From assembly GCF_009914755.1 (NCBI RefSeq), contig NC_060929.1: a DNA stretch of 64,000 bases; one strand, given 5' to 3'. This stretch comes from the human T2T-CHM13v2.0 reference genome, Homo sapiens. The position numbers were made by a program, and so were the translations under genes. This document shows positions 1 through 13,157 of this stretch, piece after piece (the first letter of the stretch is position 1; each line of letters starts with the position of its first letter). The notes below the pieces were generated by a model. The model was not told where the DNA came from, made no database searches, and was given only the letters and a program-made list of their open reading frames with translations.

Positions 1-590
1 GAGATTAGGCCAACTATAAAGTTAGAAGAAACACAGTCTTCAACAACACCTGACTGCCTTCCCTTCTCACATCAATTGCAAATCCAAGAGACTTACTACA
101 GGGACTCCAAGAACCCACTATAGGTTATCATATTCATGGTTATGATTTATTATAGGAAACAGATACAGATTAAAATCAGTCAAAGAATGAAGCTAAGAGG
201 GCAGAGTCTGGGGAGAGCCAAATGCAGAGCTTTCATTGTCTTCTCCCTGTGGAGTCAGGAGGTGTTACTCTATCAATGTGTAGTAATACCCACAGAGTAC
301 TGCCAAACAGAGAAGCTCACCTCAACTTCAGTAATTAGTTGTTCCCAAGTCTCTAATTGCTCACCTGGTTGACCTAATTCAAATGATGCTGTATGGATCA
401 AAGCCCCGCCGTTTATTACACTGTTGGTCATTTCTATCCTGATCACACCCCAGCCTAATCCAGTGTGGCCAGCAACCACCCCACACAAAGACACACCTGG
501 CTGGCATTACATTCCAGGGAGATTCTGTTCCAAAAGGCAAGGGCAAAGACCAGATCTCTTTTTGTGCGAAGGTAAATTCCTTATGAGTAC
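1..590. mobile_element. Old ERV LTR fragment (MER21/MER77-like)
   Basis: Motifs ttatgatttattataggaaacagatacagattaaaatcag and gggcaaagaccagatctctttt..aaggtaaattc resemble recalled MER21/MER77 consensus. Confidence 0.5.
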
Positions 591-2227
591 ATTTACCAAA
601 GTTTATGTTTAGTTTATAATTTTAAGAATTTACATCAGATTTCTGTGATTGTAGACAGAATTGTTTGTAAAGTCATTTGTTCTATTATTCTGCTGAAATA
701 TTAACAAATCCTCACTAGGAACATGGAAAAAGATCCAGTCCCAAAGGAGAAGGTGGTATTTGGACACAGTCCCACTTACATGCCAGCCCTAAGATTTGCT
801 TTGGCCACTTCACTATCTTTGGCATATCAGAGAGTTAATTAAATTATATGCTTTTCTTATAGAATCATTTGTACAGCTCCTATGATTAATCTTCCACAGC
901 CATTTTTTGTAGTAATTTAAAATTAGACTTTAATGTAGTTAGCTTATTTTTATTGTATGTGTTCTGTGGTATTAGAAAAATGCCACTCAATTTATTGAAA
1001 TTTAATTCAAATATTGTTATCATCCATAAATCTTACCTTTATTTAGTAAAGGCCTTGCCATCATGGGATGTTTTTCCATTAGAAACTTTGACAAATGCCT
1101 TGTAACCATAGAAATGATTTGTGAGACAGCAGGAGTAGCCAAAATAGATTAAATTAATGTGTTAGGTTTAGTGTTCACACAGCATGCTTTACTTTAATTG
1201 ATTACTCTGTGACCAAATTTAAATTACTAATATAAGTGCTGATAGAGGAAAATGAAATTTTAATAAAACACCCTTTGTATCATAGTAGCAGATTAATCTA
1301 AGTGAAAAAGCTATCATTTGTAATAAGCTTTTAAAGCTACTTTGATATCTTAAATAGAGGCAAGGTTAAAGAGCTTATAAATACAAAGAGCAGAATACGT
1401 TGAAATAATTTAACAAAAAGTCTCTGCAATTAACTTTGACTTATGCATTTACACTTTAAAACTAAGTAATATAATTAAATCAAGAAGTGGAAATAAATTT
1501 TTTTCTAGTCTTGAAATTGCAAAAGATTCATTTGTCAACAGGTTATTTAAAATAAAATGATATCAACAAATATCACAGAAGGAGTAAATGAAAACATAAT
1601 TAATGAACTTTATAACTGAGTCTCAGAGTCCATTGATTCTTACATGTATATAATCTTAGTATAAATAATTCATGGATAATGTACATTTAGTTATCAAATC
1701 ATCAATCATCCTCATCATCAAATAAAAGTTTTTGAAATATGGTTCAAATAAATAACATTGATAAATATTACCACATCATAACAATGACAAAAACAAAAAT
1801 ACCCATAATTATACAAATAAGAAAATGCCTCGTATGGCAATATTGATAGTAAAAGTGAAGTAACATTACAGGTAATAAAAGATATTTTATGCACTCATAA
1901 GTCATATCTCATCTAAATTCCAGATACTTTTATAATTATTAACTTCCTTCAATTTTTAACTTGAAGGTATGTTACAGAAAGTAATTCTCTGTATGCTATG
2001 AAATAAATAAAAAATGTAGTAGTCTTATGGGTTATTATGACTGTAGTACTTCAATTGTGTCTTTGGCTCCATTGAATTTAATCTACCACACGTTAAAACT
2101 GAAAATAAATGACTGGGAAGAAAACAAATTACTGGGTTTCCTCCTGCTTCCCATTGTTTCTTCTGAAGTGACTCAGGGAGAAGATGGCAATGTTAGTATG
2201 TTACTACTGAAAAACAGAAGGTACAAT

Positions 2228-2396
2228 CAGAGGCAGCTACAATAGGCATGCATTCATTGCAGCCACACACTTAAAGGGACTCCACACTTGGTTCAATGTT
2301 CCACTGTTGCCATCTTGAAATTTTTAAGAATCTTTGCACAAGGGACCCTGCATTTTCATTTTGCACTATGCCCACCAAATTTGATAAGCAGTCCTG
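2228..2396. mobile_element. hAT-type MITE (MER91A-like)
   Basis: CAG...CTG ends; ccacacttggttcaatg..gccatcttgaaattt..cattttcattttgcact core. Confidence 0.6.
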
Positions 2397-2699
2397 TATA
2401 CATAGACAGCCGTAGATAGTGTTAAACTGTGTAGGTGACATTAATGTGGAAATTTGTCATTTCTGTGTAAGAGAAACAGTGATTGGGCATCACTGCTGGC
2501 CATGTAGAATAAATGAACCATTCACTTCAGGAATACTTGATGAGAACATGACTGTTGTCTAAAGCTCTGAATAAGTCCATAACCTCCATTTTATTCCTTT
2601 CTATGAAGTCTGGCTCTGCTGAGAATATTCCCACTGGCACACTAGTAAAGAGCCCATTCATGACAAACAAAAAATAGAAGGCGTGCTAATATCAATATT

Positions 2700-3400
2700 T
2701 CAGGAAAATTCAAGGGAAAAATTAAATTCACTACAAAAAGGATTGTTCTATAATGGTAAATGCACAATATAATATGAATGCAAACTATTTTAGTATCATG
2801 GGAACATGATTAATACGGAGTCTTACAATGTAAGTGTAAATCTTTAATTCATCTCTCAAAATAATATAATATCAGAAATGATACAGATTTTGAAGAACAT
2901 AATTAATAATCCTGAGTTAATAAGTTTATGTGGAAATTTATAAATTAGATCAAATAGACATGTAAAGATTTCTCACATGTTCAGTAAGCATTCAAAATTG
3001 ATGTTCTCAAGGCTATAAATAAACTATAATCAATTACTAAAATTAGAAAGAGACTATAGTCTCTGGCTTCAGTGCAGTAACTCGAGAAATTAATAAGCTT
3101 AATACCACACACAATAACCTCTGAAAATTATAATATAAATCTCATCTATATAACTCTATTTGCTCTGAGAGGAAATCAAAATCAAAATAACTATTTATAA
3201 TTAAGGACTTGCAGAACAAAACATAACAAATATGTAATATATATATAAATATCTAGTCAAAGAAAACATGAAAAAATATAAATGTTTTTATTATTAACAA
3301 GAGAGATTAAATATGTGTCATGTCATTAAATTTAAATTTATTTATTGGAAAATACTGTAAAAAAATTTAATTAAACAAGAACTAGATAACATTCAATGTT
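2700..3400 (+). mobile_element. Very degraded old L1 (L1M) fragments
   Basis: A-rich sequence resembling the ORF2 endonuclease region; no open frame. Confidence 0.35.
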
Positions 3401-3431
3401 TGCATATTATTAATATATGTCAACATTTTTG

Positions 3432-3703
3432 AACTAGTCAGGGTCTTCTGGAGAAACAGAACCAACCAGCCAACAGGAAATGTATATATTTATATTTATA
3501 TATAAAGAGACTTATTATGAGGAATTGACTCACATGATTATGGTGGTTGAGAAGTTCCGTAATCTACCACATACAATCTGCTGAAGACACAGGAAAGCCA
3601 GTGATATAATTTCTAGTTCCAGCCCCAACACCTGAGAACAAGAGGTGCTGATGGTGTAAGTTTCACTCCAAGGAAAGGAGACCTATTTCTCAACTCATGC
3701 AGT
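3432..3703 (-). mobile_element. MLT2 (ERVL) LTR, partial; 3' LTR of a deleted provirus
   Basis: tagtcagggtcttctggagaaacagaacc..gaggaattgactcacatgattatgg is the MLT2 signature; joins ERVL internal sequence. Confidence 0.75.
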
Positions 3704-4740
3704 GGTAGTGCCAGATAAAAGGAACTATAACTGATTCTTCAAAAAACCATTCCACCATTCTACATCAGGCCAGCTACAAGATGTTGGGAGACATGATAAG
3801 AGTAGTCCCATTAACATGGGCCAGTTGCCACACTTTTTTTTTTCAAGCTGTGAAATGAAGCATTAAAGAATCATAATCAGTTCTGTGTAAAATTACCATA
3901 ATGGTGAAGAAGGTATTCTATAAGTCCAAGGATGGTAATTCTTTTGAAGTATAGCATACCACCTCATGGGTTACATGTTGTATCTTACCTTTAGGGGTCT
4001 GCTGGGAATTAAATCTAGTTATATGTGTAGAAGCAGAGAGAGGTGGTGGAGATTGGTTCTGAGGTGAAAGCATTGTCTTGCCTGACAACTTTCCTAGGAA
4101 AAGCCACTACAGTTTTCTCAGGCAAGGAAGGATTAATCCCCTTAGATGGGGTGCAGAGGTTGATACCACTGAGAATGGGGAAGCCTCTTCCACTGGCAGA
4201 AAAGACTTGTTAGAATCCATGAGCTCAATTTCTTCTGCTTTGTCAGGGTCTTCCCATATATCTCCATCACAACTGACAGGATCCCATTATTTTCCAATTA
4301 ATGCCCTGACAAATCCCACGAGGCTTGGAGTTCAACTTGCATTGTTATTCAGCCAGTCACATAATGAGATTCTGTATTTGATTTTCAACAATCCAAGTCC
4401 TGTGGCTACAGGAGATAAGAGTCTCTTTCCAAGCACACATAGAAGATTTTAGTTCACTTATGTGCCACTCGAGCTAGGAATTCAAGCCTCCGAGTTCATT
4501 ATTTTCCTTCACCAATTTGTCCAGTGATGTTAGGAGCAACCAGTTAGCCTCATGATATTCATTAGTTTTCCAAACATGTTTGAAAACAGTTTTTTAAACT
4601 GTTTATATACACAATGTCCCAGCTCCTTGCTTCTTATAAGTGGTTGATTAGGAGTACTCAAAGGAGATATTTTGGATATCTCTGCTACCAAATCATGCCA
4701 CAGATCATTGGTGCTATCATTGCTACAAGAAACAGAATTG

Positions 4741-5698
4741 TGTGATGGTTACTTTTATGTGTCAACTTTGGATTAAAGGATACCCAGATAGATGGTAAAG
4801 CATTATTTCTGAGGATGTCTGTGTATTAGTCCGTTCTCATACTGCTATAAAGAATACCTGAGAATGCATAATTTATTTAAAAAAAGAGGTTTAATTGACT
4901 ATCAGGAAACTTACAATCATGGCGGAAGGTGAAGGGGAAGCAAGACATGTCTTACGTGGTGAGGGGAGACAGAAAGAACGTAGGAGAAAGTGCCACACTT
5001 TTTAAATAATCAGATCTTGAAGAACTCACTCACCATTGTGAGAACAGCATAGAGGAAACCACCGCCAAGATCTGATCACCTGCCATCAGGTCCCTCCCTC
5101 CACATGTTGGGATTACAATTCAAGATGAGATTTGGATGGGGACACAGAGCCCATCCATATCAGCCTGTTCGGGTGTTTCTGGAAAAGACTGGCATTTGAA
5201 TTAGTGGATTGAGTAAGGAAGATTCACCCTCATCCAGTGTGGGTGGGTATCATTCAGTTGGCAGAGGACATGAATAGAAAAAAATGGAAGAGGAAAGGTG
5301 AATATGTTCCCTCTTCTGAAGCAGGGACAACTTTCTTCTCCTGACATTGAACATCCAGGTTCCTTGGCCTTTGGGTTTTAGAACTCGCATCAGCAGTTCT
5401 CCAGGTTCTCAGGCTTTGGCCTCAGACTAAAAGTTACACTACTGGTTGCCCTGGTTCTCAAGCCTTTGGACTTAAGCTAAGCCAAACTACCAGGTTCTTT
5501 TGTTCTCCAGCTTCCAGATGACCTACTGTGGGACTTCTCAGGGACTTCTCAGCGTCCACAATCATGTGATCTAAATTCCCCCATATGTATAAATTATGTG
5601 TGTGCATCTATCTGTATGTATGTATGTGTGTGTATGTATTCATATATATACAAATGTGTGTGTTCTCTTGCTTCTGTCCCTCTAGAGAACTCTGATAT
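4741..5698 (+). mobile_element. MLT2B-like solo LTR inserted into the ERVL internal region, itself interrupted by MSTA
   Basis: Starts tgtgatggttacttttatgtgtcaact, ends ttctgtccctctagagaactctga. Confidence 0.8.
4822..5162 (-). mobile_element. MSTA (MaLR) solo LTR
   Basis: tgtattagtccgttctc...gagatttggatggggacacagagcccatccatatca; 5-bp TSD gtctg/gcctg. Confidence 0.85.
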
Positions 5699-5810
5699 AA
5701 GTCATTATCATTTTAAAATCTAATCATATTAGAGTGCCAAATCCAGGAAATCCAGAATAAAATTAGAAAACTCATTCTTAAAATTGTGTTCCTATAGAAC
5801 CACTCTTGCC

Positions 5811-6721
5811 CTGTAGGGGCAAAGGATCTCCAAAGAAACAGGACCAATAAGATATACACCTATAAAGACACACACACACACACACACAGACACACACACA
5901 TACAATTGTTCCTCCGTATCCATAAGTTTAACCAACTGTGGATCAAAGATACTAAAAAAAATGCATTTGTACTGAACATGTACAGACATTTTTTCTTGTC
6001 ATTATCCCTTAAAGAATACAGTATAACAACTCTTGCAGCACATTTACATTGTACTTGGTATTATAAGAAATTTAGAGATGATTAAAAGTATACAGGAGGA
6101 TGTACATAACTGTATGCAAATACTCTCACATTTTATATTAGGATCTTAAGTATTTAAGAATTTTAATATCCATGGAACCAATCATCCACAGATACTGAGG
6201 GACAACTGTACATAGATAGGGGAAGATAAATTTTTATGAGACATTAGCTCCTATGATTACAGAGACTGAGAAGTCTCATGTTCTGCCATCTGTAAGCTGG
6301 AGACCCAGGAAAGTGGGTGATATGGTTCCAGTCTGAGTCCAAAGGCCAAAGAATCAGGATAACCAATATTGTAATTTCTAGTCCAGTTCTGAAAGCTTGA
6401 GTAGGCTGAGGGACTGGGAAGCAGGAGGAACACTAATGGTGTGAGTCCTGGTCTTAGGGCAAAAGAAGACCAATGCCCTAGCTCAAGTAGTCAAGTGGAG
6501 AGAGTGAATTCTCATTGCATCTGCTTTTTTTTCTATTTAAGCCCTCAATGAATTAGATAATGCCTAGTCACATTGGGGAGGGCAATTTGCTTTACTCAGT
6601 GTAGTGATTCAAAAATTAATCTCTCCTGGAAACACTCTTGCAGACACATCCAGAAATAATCTTTAACAATATCTGAGTATCCATGGCCCAGACAAGTAAA
6701 CACATGAAATTAACCATCACA
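5811..6721 (-). mobile_element. MLT2 (C/D-like) 5' LTR of the ERVL provirus, interrupted by MER2
   Basis: Ends aaattaaccatcaca; typical MLT2 body. Confidence 0.8.
5903..6208. mobile_element. MER2 (TcMar-Tigger) DNA transposon
   Basis: TIRs caattgttcctccgtatc / gatactgagggacaactg; TA duplicated on both sides. Confidence 0.85.
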
Positions 6722-6789
6722 GCTCTTCTAAAAAATTACATAAATTATCTATTTCAGTGCTGAATGATACTATTGTTTATTCACCTTTG

Positions 6790-6905
6790 AGCAAACTCAA
6801 GGACAGAGAGGTTAAGTACCTTTCCCAAAGTCACATAGCTGTGACAATGGAAGAGCTAGTTTATGAATGCAGTCAGGGTAGGTCTGTAACCTGGGCTGTT
6901 ACCCT
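6790..6905 (-). mobile_element. MIR fragment
   Basis: gagaggttaagtacctttcccaaagtcacatagct MIR core. Confidence 0.7.
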
Positions 6906-7809
6906 ATAGACTCCACCCTCAATAAATAGTAAAATAGCCCACACTGACTACATGTTTACCACTCAATGGCCCTTATTCTAAGTGGTCTAGACATTTTAAT
7001 GCATGAAATAAAAGAATAAATGAAAAGAGAACAAATGAAAACATAAAACTACAACATGTTAGGACTGTTATGCTCCACATGGACAGTGTTCCTATTGCTT
7101 CAATTACAATTGTACTCTTTGGGGACATAAACTATTGTCCAGTAATTTTTATTTTATGGATAGGCAGGTTATTTTAGGTAATCTTTCTCACCCTCTTTAC
7201 TTTTTATTGTTGGTGGAGGGTTCATTGGATTTAGATGTAAATGAAACCCTCGTGGAAACAACAGGAAACAGAAATCTTGGAACTGAAATAAAGCCCACAT
7301 CAGCAGATGCTGGGAAGCAAAAAATCAAGTCTAAGGAAATACAATAGGTTTAGTCTATTAAAGATATCACCAGTAGTACCTCTGCCAAGACAGCTATGAG
7401 AGCTGCCACAGCTAAACCTACCATAGCTATTACTGCTGCATTCACTGTGATGGCCCAATAAACAAACCTCTCCCACACTCTTCAGTCCCCATTGAGAGGC
7501 CACATGAAAGGGTGAATGTCCTGTTGGTTAAGACTGGGTACAAGTCTGGCCATAGCACCCAATGAAGTAGCTGCTACCTCTACTTCTGCAAGAGGTATTA
7601 AGTGAGAAATATATAATTGGCATAAAAATCCTCCTCTGTTAGTACATACATAATAAAAGAGGGGTATTTGGCAAGCAGCCTTGCCAGGCAACACCCATGT
7701 GCCCAAACAACAAATGCTCACATTTAATAATACATGGTTGTTAGCATCTCTTGTGTTTCCATGAGATTTACAAGGGCAGAAAATATTTTACAGTTATCTT
7801 TGTTACCTA

Positions 7810-8115
<306 letters not shown>

Positions 8116-9093
8116 CTAAGTAATTTTTTAATTCCTTAGAGACTGGATTAATACTTGAATGAATGAATGATAAAAAGTACCTTTCTTTCTAGAAATTTAT
8201 ACAACGCTTCCACCAAACAAGACACATCTATTAGATATATCAGGGTAATAGCATCATACACAGCATAATTCATATCTTATACAATTCATAGTTGAAAAAA
8301 AATTAGTTTGCCTTGTCTATCATCAGAATTCAAGAGAAAACTATATTCATACTGAAAGGCAGCAAAAATGTTAGTATATTGTTTATGTGTTGTTGACACC
8401 ATGTATCATTTCCTGCAATATGAAGAATGACAAATTGCAAATTACATGACCTGTGAAATACACTGTCATTTACCACAAGCCTTTCTTCATGAGTTTTATA
8501 TAGTAGGACAAATAGGCTGTCAAAAGAAGAAAGAAGTGACTTATAAAATTGCCATCTAGTTGAGAGGCAGGTTCTTGTATGAACATTCTTTTAAAAAATA
8601 AGAATGTTGAATTTTATACATATATTTTTAAATGTTCATGGGTACAAACTCTAAATCCATACAGAGAAAAAGTCATGCAGTAAAGAATATCTATTTTGAA
8701 AATGTGAAGTTAGCTCATATTTGGTTCATTTTAGATTTGGGCTTGAATTTGCACAAGGAATGGATTTGAAATGAAGAGTTTAAACATGATTATTCTTTTA
8801 CTTGGATCAAATGAAGAGAGAAAAAAATGGCCTTTGAACAATTTGGAGTGAGAGATGCATTGACAGATTCTTTGTGAATTACTATTAAGTAACTTTTCAA
8901 TAAAATTTACATAACATTCAGAATTCCACAGTAAGTTAAAGAAAAAAATGAAACTGGTAAGATAAAATAACACAAAGGAGATATGAAAAGTCACAATTAT
9001 TCATTCATTATATGATGCCATATAGGAAAGTGTAAGCAAATAAATAATGTGTGTTTCAGTATACTAATATATAGCATTAAAAATGTTTGACTC

Positions 9094-9392
9094 GCCGAGC
9101 GCGGTGGCTCAAGTCTGTAATCCCAGCACTTTGGGAGGCGGAGGCGGGCGGATCACGAAGTCAGGAGATCGAGACCATCCTGGCCAACACGGTGAAACCC
9201 TGTCTTTACTAAAAATACAAACATTTAGCCGCGTATGGTGGAGGGTGCCTGTGGCCCCAGCTACTCGGGAGACTGAGGCAGGAGAAAGTCATGAACCCGG
9301 GAGGCGGAGCTTGCAGCAAGCCGAGATAGCGCCACTGCACTCCAGCCCGGGCGACAGAGCGAGACTCCATCTCAAAAAAATAAATAAATAAG
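9094..9392 (+). mobile_element. Alu (AluY/Sc-like), CpG-rich
   Basis: Full dimer, A-tail, TSD aaa(t)gtttgactc. Confidence 0.95.
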
Positions 9393-9625
9393 TAAAGTTT
9401 GACTCAGAAAAATTCCTTCTATAATAGAGATCCATGAAATTTTATATGTAAGTTCTGCTTTAATCAATTTACAAATGAAACTTTAAAATTGTCGGGAATA
9501 AATTTAATTCGTTCATTCATTATTTCAACATTGTGAAGAAGAGATTTCACAGGCCAAACAGAATCAGAATTCAGTTTATTTTACTGACTTAGAGGGACAC
9601 ACATGAATTTTGAAAATTTAAAATA

Positions 9626-10108
9626 CAGTTGGCCCCTGTACAATGCTGTGGTTAGAGTCACTGATCTTATACAGTTGACAATCCGCACATAACTTTTGAC
9701 TCTCCAAAATCTTAATCACCATTAACCTACTGTTGACTGGAAACCTTACCGATAACATAAACAGTTGATTAACATATATTTTGTATATGTGTTATATACT
9801 CTATTTTAACAATGAAGTTAGAGAAAAGCAAATGTTACTAAGGCATCATAAGGAAGAGAAAATATATTTACTCTTTACTGAGTGAAAAAAGAGCATCATA
9901 AAAGTCTTCATCTTCATCATCTTCACATTGAGTAGGTTGAAGAGGAGAGCAAGCAGGGAGCTTGCTGTCTCAGGGTGGCAGAAATGGAACAGGTGCAGAA
10001 GGTAGAAGGGGAGACAGGAGAGGCAAGAACAGTCATTGTAACTTTACTGAAAAACTTCATATAATTGTGCCTGTGCAGTTTAAATTTGTATTGTTCAAGA
10101 GTCAACTG
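9626..10108. mobile_element. Tigger2a-like DNA transposon
   Basis: TIRs cagttggccc / gagtcaactg, TA TSD, Tigger2 internal motifs. Confidence 0.8.
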
Positions 10109-11680
10109 TACAAGTAAAATTGTTTCTTTGAGAAGTGACTCCCTGTCCTCTTTATTTTGATTACTTTAGAGATGTGATAAACTTGCAGACATATTTTCAA
10201 CCATAAATTCCACTTTTTGTTAGATTTCTTAAGATGGCATTTAGATTATAATCATTAATTTGGATATTACAAATATCCCACATGGAAAGGCAGGTTTCAG
10301 TCCCATCCAGGGCAGTGAAGTTGGTTGATCTGTAAGATTAAGGATTGGCTGTGGTGAACTTAAGGGCATTGCCTGACCAGAACCAATGGGATGAAATGTT
10401 AAGTCTGGGAAGACTCAGAAAACTGTCAGTTGCTGTAAAAATACAGACGTGGTTGCATCACTAAAGCATCAGTCACACGGTGGTCCATAACACCTGGAAC
10501 TTGAATAACACTTAAACCATTTTATTTCAATCACATTTTGATTTATTTTTTTTTACTTCTGTTAGTGCTATTCTTACAGATTTCTGATTTTTTCTTTTTA
10601 CATGGAATGAACCTGTCAAATATGCCATACAGTTTTCAAAACTGCCTTTATGTTTACCGTTGCAATAATTCTTGTGATTAGTTAAGGAAGAGATTTTTTT
10701 TCTTATTTCTGGAGATTAGTCGTTAGGTCCATAGTTGTTTTTTTTTGTTGTTGTTGTTGTTGTTTTGTTTTCTGTTTTTGTTTTTCCCCTCTTTTGTTCC
10801 TCTCCAGCAAGAAAGTTTTTATCTACAGACAGTATTTTCATGTTTCCGTGTGCCTTCTATTTGACCCAAATATTTAACAATTATATTTTGTCAGCTGGAT
10901 TCATTGAATCTGTCTCTTTCTCTTAATCACGCTGCTTTAATCATAAGATAAAGTATGTAGTTATTGGAATGGGGGCAGTTTATCAAAAAATTATTAGTAA
11001 CAGGTGAATGGAGCAAATGGGAATTAGCTATCAAGAGAAATAGAGCTCTAAAGAATGCAAGAAAACCAATATAGAAAGCAACCAGTGGTCTTAGAGCTAA
11101 TGTATAGTACAAAAGGAAGGAATACATTTAGGAGAGTTCCTCTTCTCCCATACTCCACCCTCCTCCTCATGCCTCTCCCACTAGGTCAGGCCTCCTGGAG
11201 CAGGTGTGGCTGTAGCCCAGCAGATAGTGGAGGAGTTCACTAACATTCCACAGGGTGAGGCTGGCAAGACGGAAATTGCCTCCTCTGGTGTAAAGGAAAC
11301 AGGAAAAGCTGCATTTGGGTTAGGTGGAGTGCAGTTGAACTTGCTGGGAAGCTGGCTAGCATACACTTAAGGATGCTATTGAACTTGATGTCAAATCAAC
11401 TTCAGGCCCAGAGAACTAGCTCTCAAGTTGACTTCAGCTATTTGCTGAGGCTTGCTCTAGCTTCAGTGTTCTGAACAACAGGCGAGCACCTCTGTGACAA
11501 AAAGAAAAGAAGACACACGCGGACAAGAAGCCCCTTCCCCATGCAATATCCTTCTAGTGTCCTTTACTGTCAAAACTTAACATCTTTCGAGCTCGTAAAG
11601 AAGGAATGCTTACAAAAAAATAATTATTAAGGATTTAATACTGAAAAATCATTCAAGACTTAGTATTTTATCTTCAACCA

Positions 11681-12777
11681 AGGCAATATCATTCAGGACA
11701 TAGGAACGGACAAAGATTTCATGAGAAAGATGCCAAAGCAATTGCAACAAAAGCAAAAATTGATAAATTGGACCCAATTAAACTAAAGAGCTTCTGCACA
11801 GCAAAGGAAATTATCAACAGAGTGAACAGACAGCATACAGAATGGAAGAAAATGTTTGCAAACTATGCATCTGACAAAGGTCTAGTATCTACCATCTATA
11901 AGGAACTTAAACAAATTTATAAGAATAAAAAAACACATAAAAAAGTGGGCAAAGGACATAACAGACACTTTTCAAAAGAAGACATACGTGGCCAACAATC
12001 ATATGAAACAAAGCTCAACATCGCTGATCATTAGAGGAATGCAAATTAAAAACTGTAAGGAGATATCATCCCAAACCAGTTAGAATGGCTGTTACTAAAA
12101 AGTCAAAACAACAGATGATGGTAAGTTCATGGAAAAAAAAATGCTTATAAATTGGCTTATACATTGTTGTTTGGATTATAAACTGGTTCAAACATTGTGG
12201 AAGACACTGTGGCAATTCTTCAAAGCCCTAAACAGGAATACCATTCGACTCAGCAAACTCGTTACTGGGTATAATATCAGAAGGAATATAAATTGTTCTG
12301 TTATAAAGACACATACATGTGTATGTTCATTGCAGCACTCACATTCACAATAGCAAAGACGTGGAATAAACCTACATACTCATCAATGATAGACTGACAA
12401 AGAAAATGTGGTACATATACACCATGGAATACTATGCAGCCATAAAAAATGAGATCATGTCCTTTGTCAGGAATATGGATGGAGCTGCAGGCCGTTATCC
12501 TTAGCAAACTAACACAGGAAAAGAAAACCAAATACCGCATGTACTCACAAGTGGGAGCTAAATTATGAGAGCACATGGACACATAGAGGGGAACAAACAC
12601 ACTGGGGCCTATCTGAGGGTGGATGGTGGGAGGAGGGACAGGATCAGCAAAAATAACTAACGAGTACTAGGCTTAATACGTGGGAGAAGAAATAATCTAT
12701 ACAACAAACCCCCATGACACAAATTTACCTACATAATAATCCCGCACATGCACCCCTGAACTTAAAAGTTTTTTTAA
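11681..12777 (+). mobile_element. 5'-truncated L1 (L1PA15/16-like) 3' end
   Basis: ORF2 C-terminal remnants ([11 protein letters not shown]) plus 3'UTR; 18-bp TSD aagacttagtattttatc (11655) / aaggcttagtatcttatc (12778). Confidence 0.9.
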
Positions 12778-13157
12778 AAGGCTTAGTATCTTATCCTAAG
12801 CAGGTTGAAATTTGTGTATTATCACAAAGGCAATGTAGAGAAACTCATTATCTTAAGCAAATAGGCTGAAAAATATCTATTTTTTCAGGTCAAGATGTCG
12901 GTTTCAGAAAGTTATGAAAATATCCATAGATTAACATCAAAGAAAGTAATAGAAAAACACCAATGAAAAGAGGAACCAAAATTAATAGAGTGAAATCCAA
13001 ATATACTGTTGAGAAAAATCAATAAGCTCATTTTTATTTGGTATGCCACATCTTTTTATTGATGTAGTTTATAAGTATCTATAGCTTCTACCCGAAGCTA
13101 CCAAAGAAGTCAGCAGCCCACATAAGATTACAAAGCATTGTATTATGTATCTATAGG

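Larger units (their letters stand above)
3704..5810 (-). mobile_element. ERVL (MLT2-int) internal leader/gag remnant, interrupted at 4741-5698
   Basis: Reverse of the ERVL leader (gagtggttctataggaacacaattttaagaatgag) abuts the LTR at 5811; gag-like remnant 3704-4740. Confidence 0.7.

Noticed and set aside
4078-4452. 124-aa ORF
   Set aside because: Antisense to the ERVL gag remnant; no recognisable product
7130-7740. Possible exon or pseudogene in GC-richer patches (also 11150-11600)
   Set aside because: No coherent translation; more likely very old LTR remnants I cannot assign
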